NCBI GenBank assembly: GCA_965263355.1
Contig: CBDHHL010000030.1
Span: 1 to 25,056, forward strand
Direction of reading: 5' to 3'
Source of the DNA: Leptolyngbyaceae cyanobacterium
GTDB taxonomy: Bacteria; Cyanobacteriota; Cyanobacteriia; Phormidesmidales; Phormidesmidaceae
DNA: 25,056 bases
Each line of letters begins with the position of its first letter. Position 1 is the first letter of the stretch. The position numbers were made by a program, and so were the translations under genes. The notes under the pieces were generated by a model that ran no database searches, had not been told where the DNA came from, and saw only the letters and a list, made by a program, of their open reading frames with translations. Of the stretch, positions 1 through 9,601 are shown piece after piece.

Positions 1-162
1 CTTTATATGATCCGGTGTGGCCATTATCGCATGGGTATTGAAGCGATTGACCGACGTGCTCCTGGCACAACAAAGGCTAACTGGTTTCTCAATATTGAAG
101 CTTGTAAGAAGAGAGATTTAGTTGCCCCGCATAAACGACGACCTGGCAAAGCAGCCTCCTAA
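1..162 (+). CDS. 3' end of excisionase/recombination-directionality-factor-like small DNA-binding protein (partial; not in ORF track)
   Basis: Frame 1 reads LYMIRCGHYRMGIEAIDRRAPGTTKANWFLNIEACKKRD...* (TAA 160-162) and aligns by eye with LYKVRSGHYRAGKEIIDRRSPQSSRPDWYADIEKCQARD of 3870..4208. It is convergent with the integrase at 159..1280 and overlaps its stop codon. Confidence 0.75.
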   Translation, partial: LYMIRCGHYRMGIEAIDRRAPGTTKANWFLNIEACKKRDLVAPHKRRPGKAAS

Positions 163-1280
163 GAATTGTTTTTCAATGCTTCAAGATATGCCTGGGCAGC
201 TCTTACACTACTAATGTGTTTTTGATAGGTTTCAAGATTTAACGTCGCTGAATGTCCAGCCATCTGTGCTGCTACAGCAGTGGGTAATCCCAGATCTAGC
301 GCTGCTCGGATGTTCCAGGCATGGCGAAGATCATAGGGTTTGAATGGCATTTTATATCGACTGAATTGTGTTGATGTGCGATCGCCATAAATTTTGTTGA
401 TCGGAGCAGTAATGTTGGGTTTCGTAATGTTAGCTAACTTCCAACGATCAACCCAGATACGGGGTAACGGAAACACTTCACGATTGCCAGTTTTTGTTGC
501 GTCCGGCACTAGAGCAATAGGCCATGACTCTCCATCGAATGTTTTGTAGACAATCTCACATAAAAACGCCTCGTGATCGCGTAAACCATAGGTAGCCATT
601 ACTCCGGCAATCCATTGCCACCCGCGATTTTTAATCGTGTCAATAGCGGTGACGATTTGTTCATCTGTTGGAATGGTACGCGTAACTTTCTTGGGGTTAT
701 AACTGCCCTGCTTTGATTTGAGATCGCACTCAATTCCGGCAAACTTTGCCAACCGCTGTAGCTTCTGACAAGCAATCTGCAAGCTCCGACTATTGGGCTT
801 CCATCTAGATGTGGTCTGTTCCAGTAGAGCTGCTGTCAGTTTGCGCTCAGACGTCAGCCACTTGAATGCTGGATACCAGAATTCTTCCTTCCACTTGAGA
901 TTAATGGCATCCTGGTCACCATTTTGAGATTTTAACCAGTCTTTGCGAAATCGTTCTATCCAGTAGCCACAGGTTTCTTTACTACGATCTACTTCCTCTT
1001 CCTGAGCTACCATTTCCCACTCAAATCGCTTTTGAGCGAGCAACCCACCAATGCGCTTGGCCTCAGATTCAGCGAACTTTAACCCGGTCGGATTGGCATA
1101 CACATCTAGACTCAGATATTGCTGATACGGCTTTTGGCGGTTGCTACCAGGTTTAGGCGGCAGCACCGCTCGTAAACTCAGTTTTTCCTGGCGGGTTCCT
1201 CGGGCATAAACACGAACCCCAATGTTAGCTGCCTTCAACCGCTCATTAATCGCTTCAATCGTCAGTACTTTTGAGGGCAT
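159..1280 (-). CDS. Tyrosine recombinase/integrase, XisA/XisC-like family, apparently intact
   Basis: Catalytic motifs MATYGLRDHE (R), KTG (K), YDLRHAW (HxxR position, here YxxR), AGHS (H), ETY (Tyr). The N-terminal LSLRAVLPPKPG...ANPTGLKFAESEA...LLAQKRFEW resembles the XisA/XisC N-terminus. Confidence 0.92.
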   Translation of the reverse strand: MPSKVLTIEAINERLKAANIGVRVYARGTRQEKLSLRAVLPPKPGSNRQKPYQQYLSLDVYANPTGLKFAESEAKRIGGLLAQKRFEWEMVAQEEEVDRSKETCGYWIERFRKDWLKSQNGDQDAINLKWKEEFWYPAFKWLTSERKLTAALLEQTTSRWKPNSRSLQIACQKLQRLAKFAGIECDLKSKQGSYNPKKVTRTIPTDEQIVTAIDTIKNRGWQWIAGVMATYGLRDHEAFLCEIVYKTFDGESWPIALVPDATKTGNREVFPLPRIWVDRWKLANITKPNITAPINKIYGDRTSTQFSRYKMPFKPYDLRHAWNIRAALDLGLPTAVAAQMAGHSATLNLETYQKHISSVRAAQAYLEALKNNS

Positions 1281-1284
1281 GGTG

Positions 1285-1313
1285 TGACCTATCCGTGAAC
1301 TAAATATGAACTA
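1285..1313 (-). repeat. Three 7-bp repeats with 11-bp period, putative integrase arm-type sites
   Basis: TGACCTA 1285, TGAACTA 1296, TGAACTA 1307, immediately upstream of the integrase ATG. Confidence 0.6.
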
Positions 1314-1435
1314 CTTTTTTTCCGTTCTGTGCAGTTGTGTCTGCTGTCTCATTTCGGAGTAGGAAACCTATAGTCTATATATAGCAATAGTTTTACGGAT
1401 TTTTCAAGTCTTTTCAAAAACAACGAGATTTCAAT

Positions 1436-1487
1436 GATTGCCTGTCTTACAAGCAGGATGTCACTGGTTCGAGCCCAGTACCGTCCA
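1436..1487 (+). pseudogene. 3' fragment of tRNA-Val(TAC), att-site remnant
   Basis: CCTGT-CTTACAA-GCAGG anticodon arm, ACTGG-TTCGAGC-CCAGT T-arm and 3' acceptor strand ACCGTCCA. No 5' acceptor strand or D-arm upstream. Confidence 0.9.
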
Positions 1488-1541
1488 TCAAGGAAAGCCA
1501 AGCCCAAAGCTAGTTACAGCGGTTTCTTTAAGAAGTCGTCG

Positions 1542-1616
1542 AACTGACTCAGTGGGGCTGAACTAGAATAAACTGACTAATTTTTAGATCAAAATTAGAT
1601 CAGTAATTTGAGTTCA
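1542..1616 (+). repeat. Putative arm-type/accessory-factor sites upstream of second integrase
   Basis: TAGATCA 1585 and 1596 (11-bp period) and GAGTTCA 1610 mirror the motifs before integrase 1. Also TGAACTA 1559 and AACTGACT(C/A)A 1542 and 1571. Confidence 0.55.
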
Positions 1617-1618
1617 AA

Positions 1619-2748
1619 ATGGGGCGTAGAACACTTACCGTAGAAGCAATCAATGCCAGGTTGGATGCCGCTCAACTGGGGCTAAAGATCTATCAGCGTG
1701 GCGATAAGTTATCCATTCGCGGTACGTTGCCGCCCAAACCCAGTAGCAAGCGGATAAAACCCCATCAGCAGCTAATTAGTCTGGGAGTGTATGCCAACCC
1801 AGCCGGTCTGGAATATGCCGAGTCAGAAGCCTTTCGCCTGGGCGGTTTGCTGGCCCAAAAGCGGTTTAGCTGGGAGGAATTTAGTTTAGAAACCCCAGAT
1901 CAGGCTAAAGATACTGATCTAATTTGTCGGGTTTGGATCGAGCGATTTCGGCTGGAATGGTTGAAGCATCAGGATTCTGATGATGCAGCCACTGATCTAA
2001 AATGGCGCGAGCAGTTTTGGTACCCCGCCTTTAAGTGGCTATCCCCTGATGCGGCCCTGACACCCCATTTATTAGAAAGTGTGGTGCAACGGTGGAAGCC
2101 CAATAGCCGCAGTCGCCAGATTGCCTGCCAAAAATTGCAGCGACTGGCGGACTTTGCCAATATCAAGTCAGATATTAAGGCCCAGCAGGGGGACTACAGC
2201 CTTAGCAATGTAGAGCGCATCATCCCGGAAGATGCCGACATTATTGCCGCCATTGATCAGATGAAAAATAAGTCCTGGCAGTGGGTGGCTGGGATGATGG
2301 CCACCTATAACTTGAGGGACCATGAAGCTTTTCTCTGTGAGGTGGAGTGGCGAGACTATGACGCTGAAAATATGACGATGAAAAATGGCTGGTGGCCCTG
2401 GTGCCTGATGCCACTAAGACAGGCAGACGGGAAACGTTTCCATTGCCTCCTGAATGGGTTGAGCGCTGGCAATTGGGGGATATGCGTCGGCCCAAAGTAA
2501 CGGCCCGAATGAATAAGGACTATGGCGATCGCACCTCCAACGCATTTCAGCGAGCCAAAATGCCGTTTCCTCCCTACAGTTTGCGCCATGCCTGGAATAT
2601 TCGTGCGGCTCTGTGGTTGGAACTGCCCACTGCAGTGGCTTCTCAGGTTATGGGCCACAATCCTAATGTGAACCTGGGCACTTATCAAAAGCACATTTCC
2701 AAAGCGCGGGCAGCTCATATCAAGTCGTTGAGAAGGCCCACACTATGA
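1619..2748 (+). pseudogene. XisA/XisC-like tyrosine integrase paralog, frameshifted by a 14-bp duplication
   Basis: ORFs 1619..2500 and 2392..2748 together align along integrase 1. Removing one copy of TATGACG(C/A)TGAAAA (2357-2370/2371-2384) restores CEVEWRDYDDEKWLVALVPDATKTG. Confidence 0.88.
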
Positions 2749-2914
2749 ATTTTAGAAAAACCTTAAATTACAAGGCATATAGCTTATTTACTCTGGCCGT
2801 ATATTGTGGCTATTCAATCTGACTTGATATCAGGCATATTTTGAAGCGTTAAGACGTAAGCAGGGTGGATAATTCTTTCAAGAACTATGCTGTATATTGT
2901 TAACAGGATTTAGA

Positions 2915-3331
2915 ATGGGATTTCTTGATTTTTTCAGAAACAACAATCACCAAGATAACCAGTTAGCTCTGTTTGAGGGTGAAGAAACCTCGATTATCGA
3001 CAGCACTGAACCGTCCCGTAACCTGGCCAATAAACGCCTCATGGAGGAAGCCAAAAAACGAGGCGGAACTGCTCGTACTTATCCTGCTATCAATGCCTCT
3101 GCCATTCAGGAAATGTTGGGAGAATCACCTGATCAGCTATATGATGCGTTGGGTATTCCGCAAAGCGATCGCAGTCGTCTACCCCAGGCAGCTAAAGAAG
3201 CATTAATGGTTGGCGATATCGCAGCACTGGAGCAAATATTAGACGATAATGCTATTGGGCACCGCCCACTCATGCAAGCTGCTACAAAGGGGTATCGTAA
3301 AGCCAAAGGCATTTTCCGCTGGAATCGGTAG
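2915..3331 (+). CDS. Hypothetical protein, island cargo (weak resemblance to DinD/antirepressor C-terminal helical region)
   Basis: Open frame with ATG at 2915, followed 2 bp after its stop by the next ORF. The family resemblance is by eye only. Confidence 0.6.
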   Translation: MGFLDFFRNNNHQDNQLALFEGEETSIIDSTEPSRNLANKRLMEEAKKRGGTARTYPAINASAIQEMLGESPDQLYDALGIPQSDRSRLPQAAKEALMVGDIAALEQILDDNAIGHRPLMQAATKGYRKAKGIFRWNR

Positions 3332-3333
3332 TC

Positions 3334-3804
3334 ATGCTAAGTCTCAACACACTACGCCAGGAAACCTACGCAAACTGGGAAGTTCTACATTTTTGTAAGG
3401 CTGCTTATCCCCATGCGTCACTCTCTTGGAATGTAGATGACACCACAGCCCAACGTTTACCATACACTAACCAGCCTTTCAAAACCGATATTCGTCAGCA
3501 ATTTGGAGACCTGAGAAAGCGCCATACTTGGCAGCAAGCCGCTATCTATTACGCGGCACTAAGTATGCTCAGCAGTGATTTAGAAAGCTGGCAAATACTT
3601 TGCTGGGCCACTATTCCAAACTACCTTGGTCAGGATCTAATCATGGAGCATTATCAGACTGAACTGCACGACTGTCTGTTTCAGATGCCCAGGTTTATCG
3701 AAATCATCAAAGCCGGTTTAGAACAGCTTTACCAACGCCCCGACCTCTCAGAAGAACGCGCCCAAATCGAAGCCTCTCGCAACATCAATTTGTTACCCGT
3801 TTGA
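3334..3804 (+). CDS. Hypothetical protein, island cargo
   Basis: 156-aa ORF starting 2 bp after the previous stop. No recognisable motif. Confidence 0.6.
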   Translation: MLSLNTLRQETYANWEVLHFCKAAYPHASLSWNVDDTTAQRLPYTNQPFKTDIRQQFGDLRKRHTWQQAAIYYAALSMLSSDLESWQILCWATIPNYLGQDLIMEHYQTELHDCLFQMPRFIEIIKAGLEQLYQRPDLSEERAQIEASRNINLLPV

Positions 3805-3869
3805 GCTATTTGATTGCAATAGCGCATTAGATGGTGAGCTATTCTTTGGCCTGGTTCAGAATGAGGCAA

Positions 3870-4208
3870 TCAAGCACTGCGAAGGGTGGTGCGTTTGGCA
3901 GCTATGGTGCGATCTCGTGCCTGACACTTCTCAATATCGGCGTACCAATCAGGACGGCTAGACTGTGGAGAACGACGGTCTATAATCTCTTTGCCTGCTC
4001 GATAGTGACCAGACCTAACTTTATATAAACAGGCATCATAATTTTTATAGCCCAACAGTTTCCAGGCATCACTGAGCTTGACTAGTTTTGCCGGGGTTTC
4101 TAGTTCAGCATTGAGACGATTATGCAACACCTGTAGTTGTTGCTCAATATCATCCAGCCTGTGATGAAGCTGCCGAAACAACTCTTGCAGCAATTCTCCA
4201 GTATCCAT
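3870..4208 (-). CDS. Putative excisionase/RDF-like winged-helix protein with N-terminal coiled coil
   Basis: LVKLSDAWKLLGY...CLYKVRSG is HTH-like. A paralog at 1..162 sits next to the other integrase. Confidence 0.7.
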   Translation of the reverse strand: MDTGELLQELFRQLHHRLDDIEQQLQVLHNRLNAELETPAKLVKLSDAWKLLGYKNYDACLYKVRSGHYRAGKEIIDRRSPQSSRPDWYADIEKCQARDRTIAAKRTTLRSA

Positions 4209-4525
4209 ATCAAATCCCCAACAGTGATAACAGGGTGAGAAACGGGGAGTATGTCAAACATTCTCAATATGCTTGGTGAACCTTGATGCCACTAATCTTA
4301 GGACACCCTCATTAGTCAGCCCTGTTTTCATGCTGATTACTTTAACTTTCTTGACTAACTAATGCTTGGATATTTTGCTGAAACCACTCAATTACAAAGG
4401 CTTGCATTTCTTTAGAGCCTTTTAAGCATTAGCCTTGAACGAAAAAATATTTAAATTACGCATAATATCAGCATGGCTGCTAAATGCTGAGCGACGATTG
4501 AAGCGGAATTATCAAAAGTCAGTCC

Positions 4526-4951
4526 ATGCCCCGCAGACAAGATCCTTCCTCCACCCCCACAGCAACCGCTGCTGGCAATAAAGCCAGGGTGCGGTTTACC
4601 TTTGAGCCTGACCGTAGTTCTCCCAACGGGATGACCTATAGCTGGCTAATTCATAGAACCTACAAGGGCAAAACAAAAGCTGCTGATGCTGTAAGAGCTT
4701 TTTGGTTACCGTTTGCCTATCAGGATGCAAATAATCACTCTGAATCAGAACTCAAGGACCTTGCCCAACAATCTATCTGGCGAATGGAAGAACAAATTCA
4801 ACATCTGCGGGAAACCTTTGGACTGAAAGTTCCACTAAGAAGAACAGAACCAGCAGAGGTTACAGAAATAGATCCTCTTGCAGCACTTACAGAGGAGACT
4901 TCTCGTTTGAACCAGACGGATCTGCTTGATGACTTTTCCGATGTGCTCTAG
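4526..4951 (+). CDS. Hypothetical protein, divergent from the excisionase-like gene
   Basis: 141-aa ORF with acidic C-terminal tail. No function supportable. Confidence 0.6.
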   Translation: MPRRQDPSSTPTATAAGNKARVRFTFEPDRSSPNGMTYSWLIHRTYKGKTKAADAVRAFWLPFAYQDANNHSESELKDLAQQSIWRMEEQIQHLRETFGLKVPLRRTEPAEVTEIDPLAALTEETSRLNQTDLLDDFSDVL

Positions 4952-4993
4952 GAGGTGATGGTGACAAAGTCATCCAATTCTAAAGTTTCATCT

Positions 4994-5021
4994 GAATCTC
5001 TCAAACTTTAAAGAGAGATTC
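4994..5021. terminator. Inverted repeat, possible terminator
   Basis: GAATCTCTC (4994-5002) pairs with GAGAGATTC (5013-5021), between convergent genes. Confidence 0.35.
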
Positions 5022-5193
5022 TTGTATGGTAGTTAATTTGTTATGTTAGGATCCCTGTGTTCAGTTTCAATAGGGATAAAGGAGATTAATACTGGCTCCT
5101 GACTCAATATACTAAGAAGACTGTTGCTCAGGTGCAATCAAGCCAAATGTGACAATCAGTAGGGGAGGCGATAGTTTCTGTTGGAAATCGCTC

Positions 5194-5526
5194 TCAATCC
5201 TTTGAGCCATTAATTTTTCGGCCTAGATTTCCCTTCTCATAGGAGTCTTCGGCATTTACGTTAGGCCTGCATATCGTAGTCAGCTTCCATCGCTCCACCC
5301 ATTCTGGGTAAAAGGCTTGATAAACGAGACGAGGACCCGTTTTTCCCTTAAGGACTTGTAAGCCTTCATTTGTAAATTCGCAGAAGAAACCCTCATGGGG
5401 ACGAATACCATAGGTAGCCATCATTCCATAAACCCACTGCCAGTTTTGATTAGGAATTTGTTCTCTCCACTCAGCAATTAATTCGTTAGTGGTAGAACTT
5501 CCTCTTCGACGGTTGGACAATAACAA
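5194..5526 (-). pseudogene. Internal fragment of a third XisA-like tyrosine integrase
   Basis: WQWVYGMMATYGIRPHE...KGKTGPR...PEWVERWKL matches the catalytic core of integrases 1 and 2. N- and C-termini are missing. Confidence 0.82.
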
Positions 5527-5599
5527 GTGATCCTTTTTCTCTGGAAGTGGGCGGGCGTGACCTCTTTGTCGACTTTGGGGCCGAAAAATTACTCATTGC

Positions 5600-6405
5600 T
5601 CAACGTAAAAACCAGAAAATTGCTGTAGAAGTCAAATTGGTAGCCCCCCGCGCACTGTCTCGTTTATAACTCTCCCCAATCCAAATTTGGGAAATATCGT
5701 CTGCAATTACCCCCCAGCGCAAACCAAGGGCTTCCCCCGTACGACAGCCCGTACCAAAGAGAAAACGAATCAAAGGCGTATAGTACCGATAGGCCCTGGA
5801 CTCATCCATGGTGCTGATAATGGCTCGGATTTCATCCAGGGTAAAGGGTTGGGGTGACTCAATAGGCGGCACCTTAAATGCCGAAATCATTGTCTTCCAT
5901 GGATTTTCCTTAAGCAGCCCTGCTGCAATGCCCCATTCCCAGGCAGCATTGATCACTGAGAAATATTCTGCTGCACTAATGGGAGAAATCTGAGTCAGCA
6001 GATAATCCCGAAATAATATGGTCGTGCGCTCAGTATAGTCAGCGGCCAGTTTGGTGTTGGCAAATTTGGCTAGCTTTTTCTCAACGTGCTGATACTTTTC
6101 CAGAGTTTAGCGGCCACCAGTTTGGATTTGGCAAACTCTTCCAGCAATGACTGACCAGTCAGCTCACGGGATGCCTTTGCCGTATCGCTCTTATATTTCA
6201 TCAGACTGGGGTCAAAGTGCCCGGTGGCCATATCCATCTCGATTTGCCGGGCTTTCATCTCTGCGGCGGCCCGTCCAATGGACTCGTCAACTAACCCCAA
6301 ACTAAATTGGTACCGTTTCCCCTGCCACGACCAGCGCAAGGATAAACGCCCGTTGCGCTCCAGAATGACCACGGTACCTGCTTTTGCTTTAGACCGGACT
6401 GCCAT
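5600..6405 (-). pseudogene. Frameshifted, C-terminally truncated phage-type tyrosine integrase with N-terminal arm-binding (DUF3596-like) domain
   Basis: N-terminal GRLSLRWSWQGKRYQFSLGL...AEMKARQIEMDMATGHFDPSLMKY and catalytic FLFGTGCRTGEALGLRW lie in different frames. No HxxR or Tyr box follows. Directly downstream of tRNA-Val(GAC). Confidence 0.85.
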
Positions 6406-6410
6406 ATTTT

Positions 6411-6451
6411 TTGCACCAATCTTGCACCAATATCTTACGTTTTTGGTGCAA
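6411..6451. repeat. Arm-type repeats of the tRNA-Val(GAC) element
   Basis: TTGCACCAAT at 6411 and 6422 (11-bp period) and inverted TTGGTGCAA at 6443. Confidence 0.65.
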
Positions 6452-6536
6452 ATTTATCGAATCTGATGCAACTTGGGACGCTCCAGAAGAGTTTCCTTTT
6501 CGCTCAGATTTACCTTATATCAGGGGTTTCAGGGAA

Positions 6537-6610
6537 TGGACGTACGCCGACTCGAACGGCGGACCTCATCGATGTCAACGATGCGCTCTAACCAACTGAG
6601 CTATACGTCC
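6537..6610 (-). tRNA. trnV: tRNA-Val(GAC)
   Basis: Reverse complement GGACGTATAGCTCAGTTGGTTAGAGCGCATCGTTGACATCGATGAGGTCCGCCGTTCGAGTCGGCGTACGTCCA folds to a full cloverleaf with anticodon GAC. Confidence 0.97.
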
Positions 6611-6786
6611 TTAATGGCTTATAAGCCTAACATAGCAGCTTCAGATGGGGCAACAGATTTTAGAAAGATTATGAAAATATATAAAGGCATCCCCCCGTGG
6701 CTGCCCTGGAGCAATGGCAGAAGACCGAATCACCAGTTCAGCTAAATTCATCTAGGATAAATCAGGACATTGAGGACGACTGGTCT

Positions 6787-7545
6787 ATGGACTGGAAAGA
6801 GGTAGCAGGCAACTGGCTGTTAATACCGCCAAATCCAGTAGGAATTATTCACTTTTTAGGTGGTGCTTTCGTCGCGGCGGCTCCCAATGTTACCTATGGT
6901 TGGCTGTTGGAAAATCTCTACAATCATGGTTACGCCATCGTGGCGACACCATTTATTAACACCTTTGACCATGGCGCGATCGCAACCGAAGTCCTCACCA
7001 CTTTTGACCAGGCCATGATCTATCTGCGCCGTCAGGTGATCGGCGATCGCTACCTACCCATCTACGGCCTCGGCCATAGCATGGGTTGCAAAGTCCATCT
7101 GCTAATCGCCAGCCTCCACAAGGTTGACCGCGCTGGTAATATTCTGATTTCCTTCAATAACTATCCCGCCCGCAAGTCCATCCCGCTGCTAGACCAGTTT
7201 GTCCAATTTGCCCCCGACTTTGACATCGAATTTACCCCTAGCCCTGGTCAAACACTGGACCTGGTTCGCGATCGCTACACCGTAGGTCGCAATCTACTAA
7301 TCAAATTTCGTAAAGATACCATTGACCAAACCTACGACCTCAGCGACGTCCTATACCAACGCTTTCCCCAGTTCACCGCCATTCAAATCCTCAAAGGTAC
7401 CCACACCACACCCATCGCCCAAGACGTTCGTTGGCAACCGGGTCCGTCCTTTACCCCCTTCGATGCCATTGGCCAGTTTGTAAAGCAAGAGTTCTATAGA
7501 GATTTAGGCCAGCTAAAAGAAACCGTATTGCAATGGTTGAGTTAA
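6787..7545 (+). CDS. DUF1350 family alpha/beta hydrolase-fold protein
   Basis: MDWKEVAGNW...IIHFLGGAF and nucleophile motif GLGHSMG. ATG 6787 is preferred over the ORF-track start. Confidence 0.88.
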   Translation: MDWKEVAGNWLLIPPNPVGIIHFLGGAFVAAAPNVTYGWLLENLYNHGYAIVATPFINTFDHGAIATEVLTTFDQAMIYLRRQVIGDRYLPIYGLGHSMGCKVHLLIASLHKVDRAGNILISFNNYPARKSIPLLDQFVQFAPDFDIEFTPSPGQTLDLVRDRYTVGRNLLIKFRKDTIDQTYDLSDVLYQRFPQFTAIQILKGTHTTPIAQDVRWQPGPSFTPFDAIGQFVKQEFYRDLGQLKETVLQWLS

Positions 7546-7623
7546 AAATCCGCCCACTTGATGATAACGACTCCAATATTTGCTGCTAGGGTTGGATAGA
7601 TTCTTGCCATATCTAGCCACCTT

Positions 7624-9078
7624 ATGCTGCTTCGCTTGTTAACGTTCGGCACAGCCATTCTGCTATTTACGTTCCCAGGCCAGCTAGCCTGGGCTGATGT
7701 TCCACCTAAGTTAATTGCCCAGGTCGATAACGCCACTGCTGAAACAGCAGACTCGGACGATGAGAGTTCTCAACCTGACGATACATCTGAAAATGCGGTT
7801 GAGACACCCGATGAGGCCATTCCTGAGGAGCCTTTAGATGACGTAGATCAGCTAATTCTTGAAGGATTAACCCTCTATGAAAACGGCAATTTGTCGGCAG
7901 CAAAAACGCCCTTAGAACAAGCGCTGGCCGATGCTCGCACGAATGAAAACCCGGTCCAGGAATCGTTTGCCCTTACCTTACTGGGGTTAGTCACCGTCAA
8001 CCAAGGAGATAATGCCGCTGCTGCTGACTACAGTCAGCAGGCCCTGACGGTCTTGGAACAGGTAGACGATCCTGAATCCACCGTAGTCGCTCTCAATGTC
8101 CTGGCGCTAGCCACTCAATCCCAGGGAAATTTCCCTGATGCTATTGCCTACGGTCAGGAAGCCCTCAGGGTGTCCGAAAGCATTAGCTTTGACTCGGGTA
8201 AATTGAATTCACTGAGCATTTTGGCAACCAGCTACAGAACAGTGGGGCAATATCCCCTGGCCCTAGAGGCTGCGCAGTTAATGATTCCGCTGGCGCAATC
8301 AGAGCGCAATGGTCGAGCCCTATTGACGGCTCTAAATGTAGCCAGTTCTTCGCTATTGAGCCTGGAAGATTATGAAACAGCACTCACAGCGTCTCAAGAT
8401 GCCCTTAGCATTGCCACTGAATTAGACAATCAGCCAGGGCGCGCGTTGGCCCTTAGCAATGTCGGCAGGGCCCACTATCGATTAGGAAACCTGGAAGAGG
8501 CAATTGAGTCTCAAACTGAGGCGTTGGAATTAGCTGAAGAAGTGGGTTCGTTAGATGTGCAGCTAACAGCACTCTATGTGTTGGCGCTGGCCTCCTATGA
8601 CCAGGAAGAGTTAGAAACTGCCGTTGATTTTTATCAACAGCGGTTGGAGTTAAGTCGTAACGCTAATGCTGTGGGTGCCGAGTTACAGTCGCTTTTAGGG
8701 CTGAGTTCGGTCTATTTGGATAGTGGTCAGTATGAGGATGCGATCGCATCGTTTGACAATTTGTTAGCCCTCTCAGAAGAGCGTAACCATCGTCTGTTTC
8801 AAAGTTTGAGCCTTTCTGGCTTAGGCTTTGCCAATGCCCAGCTAGAGAACTATCCCACAGCCCAGGGCCATCTTGAGCAAGCCCTGGTAATTTCTCAAGA
8901 AATGGGCGATAGCGCCACCGAATTTGGCCTCTTAAGTTTGTTGGTCGAGGTCCATCAAGCCCAAAATAATCTGCAACAGGCTGCAGACTATGCAGCCCAA
9001 GCAGCGGCTTTGCAAGCAGAAGCAGCGGCGGCAGAAGAGTCATCTTCCCCAGAGGATGCAGCGGATAATATTGAATAA
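7624..9078 (+). CDS. Secreted acidic tetratricopeptide repeat protein
   Basis: Hydrophobic signal peptide ending AWA, acidic linker, then ~40-aa TPR units (e.g. ALSNVGRAHYRLGNLEEAIESQTEAL). Confidence 0.85.
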   Translation: MLLRLLTFGTAILLFTFPGQLAWADVPPKLIAQVDNATAETADSDDESSQPDDTSENAVETPDEAIPEEPLDDVDQLILEGLTLYENGNLSAAKTPLEQALADARTNENPVQESFALTLLGLVTVNQGDNAAAADYSQQALTVLEQVDDPESTVVALNVLALATQSQGNFPDAIAYGQEALRVSESISFDSGKLNSLSILATSYRTVGQYPLALEAAQLMIPLAQSERNGRALLTALNVASSSLLSLEDYETALTASQDALSIATELDNQPGRALALSNVGRAHYRLGNLEEAIESQTEALELAEEVGSLDVQLTALYVLALASYDQEELETAVDFYQQRLELSRNANAVGAELQSLLGLSSVYLDSGQYEDAIASFDNLLALSEERNHRLFQSLSLSGLGFANAQLENYPTAQGHLEQALVISQEMGDSATEFGLLSLLVEVHQAQNNLQQAADYAAQAAALQAEAAAAEESSSPEDAADNIE

Positions 9079-9601
9079 AGAGGGATACGTTAACTATGTA
9101 AGTACCTCCACCTCATGCCAAAACTGACGCATCATTGAGTACGCGCCTTCACAATTATGTCGGTTGCTTTACCAACGTAAATTTGTTGCATCGGTTGAAA
9201 TATATTAATATTCAAAGCTGTTTGGAACGTCGTCTTCGAACAATTATTTTGATGTCATAAAATCTTGAAAATTGTGTAGAGCAGTGAACTAGAAAAGGGT
9301 TTTTGCCACTGTTTGGTTGAGGATACAGTGCCTTGGGCTGCACTCCTATTCTTAGAGCCCTTTCTAGTTGTCAGTGTAATTGTGCCTAATCGGGGTGGAA
9401 ACTTATCCCGGCATAATTTTGGCAATTCTGCCCACCGTTGACGAACGTATCGCAAAAAGCTGGATACATTCAGCCTTTTGCGACGCACATAGCCGTTTTA
9501 ACTTAAGGTTTCTAGCGAGCAGCATTGTCGTTAACTATGTGCGCCAAGCTATGTCTACAGAACGCTTAAATCTAGTGATTACTCAAGGAGTGTTAGGTCA
9601 G

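Noticed and set aside
1410..1487. Intact tRNA-Val(TAC)
   Set aside because: No 5' acceptor strand complementary to ACCGTCC and no D-arm upstream.
4526..4951. Possible ParR-like partner of a ParM system
   Set aside because: Only a vague resemblance, and no ParM/actin-like gene is adjacent.
6411..6745. ORFs 6411..6599 and 6473..6745
   Set aside because: Antisense to tRNA-Val(GAC) and the att region; spurious.
9380..9601. N-terminal extension of S21 in the ORF track
   Set aside because: S21 similarity starts at ATG 9602, which has a GGAG upstream.
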